Assembly (NCBI GenBank): GCA_042216675.1 | Contig: JBDGTS010000039.1 | Location: forward strand, 1-35,577 | Length of the DNA: 35,577 bases | Direction of reading: 5' to 3' | Source: Halobacteriaceae archaeon | GTDB lineage: Archaea > Halobacteriota > Halobacteria > Halobacteriales > Halobacteriaceae | Shown: positions 27,260-35,577 of the stretch, piece by piece | Position numbering within the stretch: position 1 is the first letter of the stretch | Layout of the letters: the number at the start of each line of letters is the position of its first letter | Notes under the pieces: model-generated | The model's database searches: none | Told to the model about the DNA's origin: nothing | The model's input: only the letters and a program-made list of their open reading frames with translations | Translations under genes and position numbers: made by a program

Positions 27260-29134
27260 CTACGAATCGGGGTGACAGAACGTCATGGCGTCGCGAACGG
27301 CGTCACGCTCACCGATGAGGGTGAGGTGGTCGCCCTCCTGTAAGGTGTAGTCGGCGGAGGGGACGACGGACTCGCCGTCGCGGGTGACGAGGGCGACGAG
27401 ACAGGACTCGGGCAGTTCCGGCCCCACCTCGCCGACGGTACGGCCGACGAGTTCCTCCGCGGTGACCTCTATCTCCTGCACGTCGCCCGACCGACCGATT
27501 TCGGTCATCCAGTTGGCGAGCGCCGGTCGCTCGATGGAGTTGTCCAGCGCCCACGCCGTCGCCTCCGTCGAGGAGATGGTGCGGACGCCGAGTTCCTCGA
27601 ACGCCTCCACGTTGTCGGGGTTGTTGGCGCGGGCCAGCACCGTCTCGACGTCGAACTTCGAGAGCGCCAACTGGGCGACGAGCAGGTTCACGTCGTCGTC
27701 GCCGGTGGCGGCCACGACGACGCGGGCGTTCTCGGCCCCGGCGCTCCGCAACACGTCGGTGTCGGTGCCGTCGCCGATGTGGACGGTGTGGCCCTCGTTT
27801 CGGGCCCGTTCCACGACCGATTCGTCGTTCTCGATGAGCACGACGTTCTCTCCACGGTCCTCGAGGCGTTCGGCGAGCGACCGGCCCACCGTTCCGCCCC
27901 CGATTATCAGTACGCGCATTGGTATCACGTCGAGATATTCCGCTATCTGTCTGGCGAAGCCACCCTCGAAGACGACCGTCGTCAGGATGACGAGGAAGAC
28001 GGTGCCGACGAGAACGTTGGCCTCCGTCGCCATCCCGACGGCCGGCGAGCGGAGTTCGATGGCGAACAGCGTCGCCACCGAGGCGGGGATGATGCCGCGC
28101 GGCGCGACGCCGCTCATGAACAGCTTTTCGGCGGTGGTGAAGTGGTCGCCGGCCGCCGAGACGAAGATGAGCAGGGGCCGGATGACGAGCATGACCGCCA
28201 GCACCACCGCGACGCCGCCGACGCCCAGCGACAGCAAGTCGCCGAACTCCAGCAGTGCCGCGAGGATGATGAACACGAACGAGAGCACGATGAGCGTCAC
28301 GTCGCCCTTGAACTGGGACACGTCACGCTCGTAGGGCACGTCGAGGTTGCCGAGGACGATGCCGGCCGTCGCCACGGCGGCGATGCCGGCCTCGCCGTAG
28401 ACGCTCTCGGCGCCGCCGTAGGCCACCAGCGCCCCGGCGAGGGTGAGCAGGCGGGCGTTCCGCGGCGCGTTGCCCGGCGAGAGGTCGACGTGCGTCAGGA
28501 TGTAGTAGACGATAGCCGCCACGATGAGGCCCACCAATACGCCGGTCCCGAGGCGACTCGCGAACAGGCGGACCAGTTCGTCGGGTGCGTTGTGGCCGGA
28601 GACGATGGCCTCGAAGATGACGACAGCGAGAATGGCGGCCGTCACGTCGTTGATGATGCCCTCGGTTTCGAGGGCCGTCGCCACGCGGTCCCGAACCGGG
28701 ACCACGTCGAGAATCGGCGTGATGACCGTCGGGCCGGTGGCGACGAGGAGCGCACCGACGAGAAAGGAGATGGGCCAGTCGGCCGCGGGGATGGCGTACT
28801 TCACCACCGCCGCGGTGCCGACGAGGGCGATGATGGCGCCGACGGTGACGAGGCGGAACGTCGGCGCGGGGGCCTCCCGCAGGTCGTCGATGTGGATGTG
28901 AAACGCCCCCTCGAAGACGATGATCGCCACCGAGAGGCCGACGATGGCCGAGAGGCCGGTCCCGAACGCGGAGGGGTCGATGAGGCCGAGTCCCTCCGGT
29001 CCGAACGCGATGCCCGCCGCGATGAGAAAGACGACGCTGGGCACGCGGAACCGGTCGGAGAGGATCTGCGCGATTACTCCGATGGCGATGATGGCTGCCA
29101 CGAGCGCAATCAGGTCGGCTGTTTCGGCGGCCAC
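27260..29134 (-). CDS. CPA1 cation:proton antiporter with TrkA-N/TrkA-C (RCK) domains
   Basis: ATGPTV, EGIINDV, PRGIIPAS; then IIGGGTVG, GDGT, ATGDDDVN and a TrkA-C tail. Confidence 0.93.
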   Translation of the reverse strand: MAAETADLIALVAAIIAIGVIAQILSDRFRVPSVVFLIAAGIAFGPEGLGLIDPSAFGTGLSAIVGLSVAIIVFEGAFHIHIDDLREAPAPTFRLVTVGAIIALVGTAAVVKYAIPAADWPISFLVGALLVATGPTVITPILDVVPVRDRVATALETEGIINDVTAAILAVVIFEAIVSGHNAPDELVRLFASRLGTGVLVGLIVAAIVYYILTHVDLSPGNAPRNARLLTLAGALVAYGGAESVYGEAGIAAVATAGIVLGNLDVPYERDVSQFKGDVTLIVLSFVFIILAALLEFGDLLSLGVGGVAVVLAVMLVIRPLLIFVSAAGDHFTTAEKLFMSGVAPRGIIPASVATLFAIELRSPAVGMATEANVLVGTVFLVILTTVVFEGGFARQIAEYLDVIPMRVLIIGGGTVGRSLAERLEDRGENVVLIENDESVVERARNEGHTVHIGDGTDTDVLRSAGAENARVVVAATGDDDVNLLVAQLALSKFDVETVLARANNPDNVEAFEELGVRTISSTEATAWALDNSIERPALANWMTEIGRSGDVQEIEVTAEELVGRTVGEVGPELPESCLVALVTRDGESVVPSADYTLQEGDHLTLIGERDAVRDAMTFCHPDS

Positions 29135-29239
29135 AGTTGTCCTCGTCCATGCGGTGTGGGGGCCCCCGCATAAAACCGACTATGTCGGCGAAGTGCGCCC
29201 CACAACGTTATGTCGGCCGCCAACACATACCGCAAGTAT

Positions 29240-30223
29240 ATGCCGACGCCAGACGCTGCGGGGGCGCTCGCTCCACTCACGGACCGCATCGACGGCGTCG
29301 CGGCGTGGGCCGTCGACGGCGACGGCGGCGTCGGGCGTCTCGGCGAGGGGTTCGCGGACCTCTGGGGCGCGTCGCCCTCCGACCGCACGGGCCTCCTCGA
29401 CTGTGTCCACCCCGAGGACCGCGACGCGGTCGCGACGCTGTTCGAGAGCGAAACACAGGAGAGCGTCGTTCACCGCGTCCGGCATCCGGACGGGGGCCGC
29501 CGCTGGGTCGAATCCATCGTCGTCCCTCGTGACGGGGCGGGCGTCGCGGGCCTCTCCATCGACGTGACCGAGCGTCGGCGGCGCGAACGCGAACTGGCGA
29601 TTCTCAACCGCGTCCTCCGCCACGACGTGCGCAACGACGCGTCCGTGATTCTCGGCCGTCTCGACGAGGTGGCGAACCACGACGACGGGGAACACGCGGC
29701 TCTCGACGGCGCCCGCCGGGCGGCCGAACACGTCGTCGAACTCACGGCGGCCGCGGGCGAGTACGCCGCCGACGGCGATGCCGACGAGTGCGAAGCGCAC
29801 CTCGAATCGCTCCTCGAACGCGAGGTGGGCGTCGCCCGCGAGGCGTACCCCGATGCCGAGTTCGAAGTCGAGACGCTCCCCGACGCGACGGTGGCGGGGA
29901 ACCGCCTGCTCGCCTCCGCGTTCCGGAACGCCCTGCACAACGCGGTTCAGCACAACGACGCCGCGACGCCGCGGGTGACGGTCACGGGCGACGCGACGCC
30001 GTCGACGGTGTGCGTTCGCGTCACCGACAACGGCCCCGGCATCTCGGACGCGGTGCGCGGCCGACTGTTCGAGGACGGCGCGCGGGGACCCGACAGCACG
30101 GGGACCGGGATGGGGCTCTCCCTCGGCCGCGAGGTGGTGTCGGACCTCGGCGGGCGCGTGCGCGTCGAGGGCGGCGAGAGCGGCGGCACCACGGTGTGCA
30201 TCGAACTGCCGCGGTGTGACTAG
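29240..30223 (+). CDS. PAS-domain cytoplasmic histidine kinase
   Basis: VHPEDR, DVTERR, LRHDVRN, NAVQHN, DNGPGI, GTGMGL; likely ATG 29240. Confidence 0.9.
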   Translation: MPTPDAAGALAPLTDRIDGVAAWAVDGDGGVGRLGEGFADLWGASPSDRTGLLDCVHPEDRDAVATLFESETQESVVHRVRHPDGGRRWVESIVVPRDGAGVAGLSIDVTERRRRERELAILNRVLRHDVRNDASVILGRLDEVANHDDGEHAALDGARRAAEHVVELTAAAGEYAADGDADECEAHLESLLEREVGVAREAYPDAEFEVETLPDATVAGNRLLASAFRNALHNAVQHNDAATPRVTVTGDATPSTVCVRVTDNGPGISDAVRGRLFEDGARGPDSTGTGMGLSLGREVVSDLGGRVRVEGGESGGTTVCIELPRCD

Positions 30224-32160
30224 GCGGCGTACAGCGCCTCGATCTCGTCGGCGAAGCGCTCGTGGATGGTGCGGCGCTTCTTCTTCATCGTCGGCGTCAG
30301 CAGGTCGTTCTCCTCGGTGAACGCCACGGGCACCAGCCGAAACTGCTTGATGCGCTCGTGGGGTTCGAACGCCTCGTTGACCCGGTCCACCTCGACGCCG
30401 ATGCGCGCCCGCACCCTGTCGACCCGGCAGAGCGCCCAGTCGTCGTCGGGCACGGCGACGTCCTCGCGGGCCGCCCACGCGCGCACCGCCGTCACGTCCG
30501 GCACGAGGAGGGCGCCGACGAACTTCCGACCGTCGCCGACGACCATCGCTTGCGACACCAACTCGCTGTCCACGAAGGCGTCCTCGATGGGCCCGGGCGC
30601 GACGTTCTTCCCCGTGGAGAGCGTGAGCAACTGCTTGGCGCGTTCGACGAACGTCAGATAGCCGTCGGGATCCCGAGCGACCACGTCGCCGGTGTGGAAC
30701 CACCGCTCGCCGTCGACGTCGGTGAACGCGCGGTTCGTCTCGCCGGGGAGGTTGTGGTAGCCGTCGAAGACGTTCGGGCCGCGGACGAGCAGTTCGCCCA
30801 CGTCGCCGTCGTGGGCCGCGCGCTGGTCCGGGCCGACGATGGACTCGTCGAGGCGCGTCTCACAGTCCACGACGGGCGGGCCGATGGTGCCGATGCGAGG
30901 CGCGTCGATGGGGTTCGCGGCGACGACGGGCGACGTCTCGGTGAGGCCGTAGCCTTCGAGGACGGGCAGGCCCATCCCGTGATAGAGCGCGCAGAGCGAC
31001 GGCGAGAGCGACCCGCCGCCGCTGATCAGAAAGTCCACCTCGCCGCCGAGGGCCTCGCGAACGCGGCGGAAGACGAGGGCGTCCGCGACCCGGTGTTTCA
31101 GCGAGAGCCACGCCCCGGGGTCCTCGGTGGTGCCCCGCGTCCGCGCCACGTCCGCGGCCCACTCGAAGATGCGGCGCCGGAGCGGCGAGTCGGCCTCCGC
31201 GCGAATCGAGTCGTAGATTTTCTCGTAGACGCGAGGGACACTCGTCCCCGTCGTCGGCCCGACGGCGGCGAAGTCCTCACGGAGCGTGTCCGGCGACTCG
31301 GCGTAGGCCACCTGCGCGCCCGCCGCGAACAGCAGGAAGTGGCCGGTCAGTCGCTCGAAGACGTGCGCGAGCGGGAGAAACGAGACGGCCCGGGCGTCGG
31401 CGTCGATGGCCGGGCCGTCGCGGTCGGGACGGGGACCGAAGCGGCGGTAACACTGGTTCACGTTCGCGCGAAAGTTGCGGTGTGTGAGTTCGACGCCCTT
31501 CGGCATCCCCGTCGTGCCGGAGGTGTAGATGAGGCTCGCGAGGTCGTCGAGACTGCGGTCGTGGAGCCACGACTCGTAGGCCGCCCGGTCGAAGGCCGAC
31601 TGCCCCCGGTCGTGGACCGCCGCGAGCGTGTGCACGTCCGCGCGTCCTCTGTCGTCTACGGCGTCCATCGCGACGACGGCGTCGAGGTCCACCGCGTCCT
31701 CGACGGCGAGGACCGCGTCGAGTTCGTCCTCGCCCGCCACGACGACGACGCTCGCGTCCGAGTCGCGGAGCAGGTGGCGCACGCTCGACTGGGTGGACGT
31801 GGGGTAGATGGTGACGACGACACCGCCGGCCGCGAGGGCGGCGAAGTCGGTGACCGCCCACTCCATCCGGGTGTGAGCGAAGATGGCGACCCGGTCGTCC
31901 GCCTCGACGCCCAACTCCCGAAAGCCGGCGGCGAGGTTGCGCACGAGGGCCCGCATCTCGCCGTAGGAGAGCGTTCTGAAGGTGCCCTCGGGGGCGGGCG
32001 GCACGACGGCGGGCGTGAGCGTGCGAGGATAGACGCCGCCCTTGTAGGCCTGCGCCGGCCGGTCGGCGTGGCGGGCGGCGCTGTCCTCGAACATCCGCGG
32101 GAGCGTCGTGTCGTCGAAGACGGGGGACTCGAACGCTCGCTCCGCGTCGCGCCAACTCAT
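30220..32160 (-). CDS. Long-chain fatty acid-CoA ligase (AMP-dependent synthetase)
   Basis: IYTSGTTGMPKG, FLPLAH, EGYGLTE, FHTGD, GKNVAP, LTPTMK. Confidence 0.95.
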   Translation of the reverse strand: MSWRDAERAFESPVFDDTTLPRMFEDSAARHADRPAQAYKGGVYPRTLTPAVVPPAPEGTFRTLSYGEMRALVRNLAAGFRELGVEADDRVAIFAHTRMEWAVTDFAALAAGGVVVTIYPTSTQSSVRHLLRDSDASVVVVAGEDELDAVLAVEDAVDLDAVVAMDAVDDRGRADVHTLAAVHDRGQSAFDRAAYESWLHDRSLDDLASLIYTSGTTGMPKGVELTHRNFRANVNQCYRRFGPRPDRDGPAIDADARAVSFLPLAHVFERLTGHFLLFAAGAQVAYAESPDTLREDFAAVGPTTGTSVPRVYEKIYDSIRAEADSPLRRRIFEWAADVARTRGTTEDPGAWLSLKHRVADALVFRRVREALGGEVDFLISGGGSLSPSLCALYHGMGLPVLEGYGLTETSPVVAANPIDAPRIGTIGPPVVDCETRLDESIVGPDQRAAHDGDVGELLVRGPNVFDGYHNLPGETNRAFTDVDGERWFHTGDVVARDPDGYLTFVERAKQLLTLSTGKNVAPGPIEDAFVDSELVSQAMVVGDGRKFVGALLVPDVTAVRAWAAREDVAVPDDDWALCRVDRVRARIGVEVDRVNEAFEPHERIKQFRLVPVAFTEENDLLTPTMKKKRRTIHERFADEIEALYAA

Positions 32161-32184
32161 ACGACCTGACTCGCGGCGACGGGC

Positions 32185-32190
32185 TATAAA
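32185..32190 (-). promoter_or_regulatory. TATA box of acyl-CoA ligase
   Basis: TTTATA on the minus strand 25 bp upstream of ATG 32160. Confidence 0.6.
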
Positions 32191-32193
32191 GCC

Positions 32194-33093
32194 TCAGTCG
32201 AGAGCGCGCAGGGCACCGCGGGCGTTGAGACGGACCTCCGCGCGGGCCTTCTCCGCGCCCCACACGTCCGCGAACGGCGCGTCCTCGACGAGGGCGGCGA
32301 TGGCCGCCTCGTCGTCGTCGGCCTCGGCGCGGGCCGCGGCCACGTCTTCCACCCACGCCGAGAGCGTTCGCTCGTACTCGTCGAGGACGCCAGCCACGTC
32401 GTCCGGCCCGGGGCCGAAGTGCGCGAACAGGAGCGTCTCGGGGTCGAGATTTCGAATCATCTCCACGTCCGCGAGACACTGTTCGAGGTCGAACTGCGGC
32501 GGCGGCGAGGTGGGCGCCACCGTCTCGCGGTCGGGCACCCAGATGCCGGCGGCGTCGCCCGTGAACACCGCGTCGTCCCTGTCGTCGTGGAACACGACCT
32601 GATGGGGGGCGTGGCCGGGAGCGTGGTGGGCCGTCAGCGTCCGGTTTCCGAGCGCCACCCGGTCGCCGTCGTCGAGTTCCGTGATGCGCTCGACCGGAAC
32701 TGGCTTCGGCTCGTCGTAGTAGGTCCACATGTCGCCGACGGCGTCCTTCGTGCCGGCGACGAGGCGGCCGGGGTCGGCGAGGTGGCGGGCGCCTCGCTCG
32801 TGGACGTACACCGTCGCGTCCGGCGCTCGCTCGGCGAGGTAGCCCGCGCCGCCGGCGTGGTCGAGGTGGACGTGCGTCAGCAGGATTGCGTCGAGTTCGT
32901 CGGGCGCGACGCCGGCCTCCCGAAGCGCCGCGAGGACGCGCTCCCGGTCCGCGCCGATGCCGGTGTCGACGACGGCGGGTCGCGGGCCGGGGATGACGTA
33001 GACGGCGCCGTAGGCGGGCACGTCGTACATCCCGGTGTCAACGTAGTGGACGTCGGTGCAGGACGGGACAGGGCGCACGTCACCGATGGCCAT
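32194..33093 (-). CDS. MBL-fold metallo-hydrolase (glyoxalase II-like)
   Basis: VDTG, THVHLDHAGG, PGHAPH, FTGD, AHFG; ATG 33093. Confidence 0.92.
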   Translation of the reverse strand: MAIGDVRPVPSCTDVHYVDTGMYDVPAYGAVYVIPGPRPAVVDTGIGADRERVLAALREAGVAPDELDAILLTHVHLDHAGGAGYLAERAPDATVYVHERGARHLADPGRLVAGTKDAVGDMWTYYDEPKPVPVERITELDDGDRVALGNRTLTAHHAPGHAPHQVVFHDDRDDAVFTGDAAGIWVPDRETVAPTSPPPQFDLEQCLADVEMIRNLDPETLLFAHFGPGPDDVAGVLDEYERTLSAWVEDVAAARAEADDDEAAIAALVEDAPFADVWGAEKARAEVRLNARGALRALD

Positions 33094-33178
33094 GTCGCCG
33101 GCCACGCGCGCCCGGCCTAAAGGTGACACGGCGACGGTACGTTTTTGAGCCGCTGGCAAGAACCATCGGCGGAGACCC

Positions 33179-34000
33179 ATGTCGCGCCGCACACTCGCCC
33201 TGATGCTCCTCGTCGTCGCGGCGTCGCTCGCTGGCTGCAACGCCGTCTCGAACGGGGACGGCCCGACTGCGACTCCGAGCGGCGACGCACAGGCGATCGC
33301 GTCCGACGCCGCCGCCACGATGGAATCGGTCGAGACGTATCGGGTGACTGCCACCATCGAGCAGACCGTCTCCGCGAACAACCAACAGCAGACGGCGACG
33401 GTCACCTCCACGGCCGTCTTCGACCGGGGGGAGCGTGCCTTCCGAATCACGCGGGCCACCAGCGCGGCCGGCCGGACCCGCGAGGCGGCCGTCTACCTCG
33501 TGAACGGCACGCTCTACGAGCGCAATCCCGCCTACGAGCGCCGGTACGGGTCCGCGTGGGTGAAAGTCGACGTGGCCGAGAACCTCACTGAGACGTGGCG
33601 GGCCCAGGACACGCTGACGCGCCAACGCCTCCTTCTGGAGAACGCGACGGTCACCTACGAGGGCACGGCCACCGTGAACGGCACGAAGACGGACGTGCTC
33701 GCGGTGGACGGTAACGAGTCCGCCTTCGAGAGCGTCGTCGAGGAGCGACTCGGCGGCGTCGCCACCGACGTAGAGGTGTCCGTCGAGAACGTCTCGTTCA
33801 CCCACTACGTCGCGGTGGAGAGCGACCGACTGCGGCGCTCCATCGGCACCCTGAAGATGCAGGTATCGGCCGGCGCCCGCACCGTCTCGCAGACCCAGCG
33901 GATGAACCTCACCTTCAGCGGCTACGGCGCACCGGTCGACGTGACGCTTCCGGAGGGCGCCGCCGTCGCCGTGAGCATCTCGAACGAGTCCGCAGGATGA
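33179..34000 (+). CDS. Tat lipoprotein, beta-rich (LppX/LolA-like fold suspected)
   Basis: MSRR...LAGC lipobox; Thr/Val-rich strands; C-terminal FSGYGAPVDVTLP; eight N-x-S/T sequons. Confidence 0.8.
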   Translation: MSRRTLALMLLVVAASLAGCNAVSNGDGPTATPSGDAQAIASDAAATMESVETYRVTATIEQTVSANNQQQTATVTSTAVFDRGERAFRITRATSAAGRTREAAVYLVNGTLYERNPAYERRYGSAWVKVDVAENLTETWRAQDTLTRQRLLLENATVTYEGTATVNGTKTDVLAVDGNESAFESVVEERLGGVATDVEVSVENVSFTHYVAVESDRLRRSIGTLKMQVSAGARTVSQTQRMNLTFSGYGAPVDVTLPEGAAVAVSISNESAG

Positions 34001-35193
34001 CCACCCGCACCGCGGTTTCGGCGCTCGCCCTCGCCGCCCTCCTCGTCGGGGCGGGCTGTGCCGCCCCCGTCGCCGACGAGACGCCGGCGCCCCGCGTCGA
34101 GTACGAGGGCGGGTCGCTCCCCTTCGCGGCCGGGCCGGTGTTCGCACAGATAGAGACGACGCTCGGCGTCGACGTGCCCGCACCGGACCGGGTCCACGTC
34201 GTGTCGTCGCCGCGGAACCTCAGCGGGAGCGTCGCGGGCGCCTCGATACCGCGCTTCTGGAGCGTCGCGGGCGTCCACACGGACAGCGGCCTCTCGCAGG
34301 CAGACGTCGACCGGTTGGAGAACGGCGTCACGTCGTCCATCGGCACCATCGCCGTCTACCCCGGCGAGGACGCCGACGCCGGCGACCGGTGGGTGTTGGC
34401 CCACGAGTTCGTCCACTACGTCCAGTTCCAGCGGAACGCGGGCGAGCGAGTCGGCGCCGCGGTGCCGGCCACCACCGACGGTCGCTACGTCCAGCGGAGC
34501 GTGTTGGAGGGCGCCGCCGTGTTCACCACAGACGCCTACATCGCCGCCCACGCGCCCGACCAGCCACCGAACGCCGCGCTGTACCGGGACCTGAACGAGA
34601 CCCTCGTCCCGGGAAGCCTCGCGTGGCACTACAACCTCGCGTACGTCGAAGGCCGCGAGTACGTCGCGAGTCGCGTCGCCGGACCGACGGCGCTCGGCGC
34701 GGTGTACGACCGGCCCCCCACGACCAGCGAGCAGGTCATCCACGGCCTCCCACCGGGGGCCGAACCCGCGCCGCCGCTGAACCTCACGGCGGACGGTGGC
34801 GACTGGCGCGTCGCCGCGACGGACCGCCTCGGCGAGGCGTTCGTGCGGACGGCGCTCGCGGGGACCCTCGACGTCGGCCGCGCGAGTCGGGCCGCCGCGG
34901 GGTGGGGCAACGACACGCTTCTGACCTTCCGCCGCGCCGGCGTCGCGAACGGGAGTTACGCGTGGGTCCTCCGCTGGGACGCCCCGAGCGAGGCCGACGA
35001 GTTCGCATCGGCGATGCGGGACGCCCTCGCGGCCCGCGGCGACGCGGCGGGCGACGGCTGGCGGGTCGCGGGCGTTCGTGCCGAACTCCGGCGCGCCGAC
35101 GCGCAGACGACAGTTCTCGTCGCGGGCAACGCCTCGTTCGTGAACGGGACGGCGGTGGCGACGGACGGTGGCGTGACGGTGACGGCACCGTAG
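33997..35193 (+). CDS. Surface lipoprotein with HExxH...E zincin motif (Hvo_1808-like)
   Basis: GAGC lipobox; LAHEFVHYVQ, VLEGAA, PPTTSEQVIH, LGEAF, AAAGWGND; ATGA overlap with the upstream gene. Confidence 0.8.
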   Translation: MTTRTAVSALALAALLVGAGCAAPVADETPAPRVEYEGGSLPFAAGPVFAQIETTLGVDVPAPDRVHVVSSPRNLSGSVAGASIPRFWSVAGVHTDSGLSQADVDRLENGVTSSIGTIAVYPGEDADAGDRWVLAHEFVHYVQFQRNAGERVGAAVPATTDGRYVQRSVLEGAAVFTTDAYIAAHAPDQPPNAALYRDLNETLVPGSLAWHYNLAYVEGREYVASRVAGPTALGAVYDRPPTTSEQVIHGLPPGAEPAPPLNLTADGGDWRVAATDRLGEAFVRTALAGTLDVGRASRAAAGWGNDTLLTFRRAGVANGSYAWVLRWDAPSEADEFASAMRDALAARGDAAGDGWRVAGVRAELRRADAQTTVLVAGNASFVNGTAVATDGGVTVTAP

Positions 35194-35195
35194 GA

Positions 35196-35366
35196 GGTGG
35201 CCGCGCTGAGCGGGGCGGCAGATGTGGCCGCCCCGCACTGCCCGCACTATCCCGGAGCGGGACGGACGGGGTGTCCGTCCCGCACTAACCCTGCGTGGCG
35301 CGGCAGGGGTGGCCGCGCTGAGCGGGGCGGCAGATGTGGCCGCCCCGCACTGCCCGCACTATCCCG
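35196..35366. repeat. Perfect 59-bp direct repeat (two copies) with three related hairpins
   Basis: 35196-35254 is identical to 35308-35366. Each contains GCGGGGCGGC/GCCGCCCCGC; the spacer contains GCGGGACGGAC/GTCCGTCCCGC. Confidence 0.92.
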
Positions 35367-35402
35367 ATACGGTTTTCCCCCGCCACCGAGAACCCACGCC
35401 AA

Positions 35403-35577
35403 ATGCTGAGCAGGCAGTTCGTCCGCGAGAACCCCGAGGAAGTCCGTGACGCCCTCGACGCGAAGGGCGTGACGGACGTGGACCTCGACCGGTTCCTCGA
35501 CGTCGACGAGGAGTGGCGCGAACTGAAGGCCCGCGGCGACGAGTTGCGCCACGAGCGCAACGAGGTGTCGAGTCGCA
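35403..35577 (+). CDS. serS: Seryl-tRNA synthetase, N-terminal part (runs off the window)
   Basis: Not in the ORF track. MLSRQFVRENPEEVRDALDAKGV...LDVDEEWRELKARGDELRHERNEVS matches the SerRS N-terminal coiled-coil arm. Confidence 0.92.
   Translation, partial: MLSRQFVRENPEEVRDALDAKGVTDVDLDRFLDVDEEWRELKARGDELRHERNEVSSR

Noticed and set aside
35196-35366. Repeat-spacer-repeat as a mini CRISPR array
   Set aside because: The 59-bp repeats are too long, there are only two, the spacer is itself a related hairpin, and there is no leader or cas gene.
35194-35402. T-box riboswitch upstream of serS
   Set aside because: No T-box AAGGTGGtACC-type antiterminator or stem I motif; T-boxes are a bacterial feature; haloarchaeal mRNAs are mostly leaderless.

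Overview
High-GC window from a halophilic archaeon (class Halobacteria), judged from acidic proteins, archaeal information-processing genes, TATA-like boxes about 25 bp upstream of leaderless starts, and Tat/LAGC lipoproteins. Most of it is core chromosome. It opens with a 5'-truncated tRNA-Thr(GGT) copy, followed by an FKBP PPIase, a ZIP transporter, mutS, a tandem UspA, nucS, an Lrp/aminotransferase pair and an SDR. Next comes the conserved aIF2gamma-PIN-rpoE'-spt4-dephospho-CoA kinase-[DapA-like insert]-rps24e-rps27ae-kae1/bud32-rdgB cluster. After that are a DUF5787-like gene, a PhnP-like MBL plus AAA ATPase, a GT-C/Agl23-like membrane protein, a Ca-repeat metalloprotease lipoprotein, thiolase, two orphan histidine kinases, peroxiredoxin, Zn-ADH, a CPA1-RCK antiporter, acyl-CoA ligase, a second MBL, two surface lipoproteins and the start of serS. 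I saw no CRISPR array, cas gene, transposase or integrase. The most interesting signals are outside the ORF track: (i) a candidate sRNA at about 8743-8830 carrying two CACCCAUCCUCCCC motifs, divergent from a 32-aa peptide plus PIN-fold gene pair; (ii) a 28-aa hydrophobic micro-ORF with its own TATA-like box; (iii) modular REP-like hairpin elements, including a perfect 59-bp duplication upstream of serS; (iv) the tRNA fragment, which probably marks an att site. No searches were run. Family names come from motif recognition, and novelty is not established.
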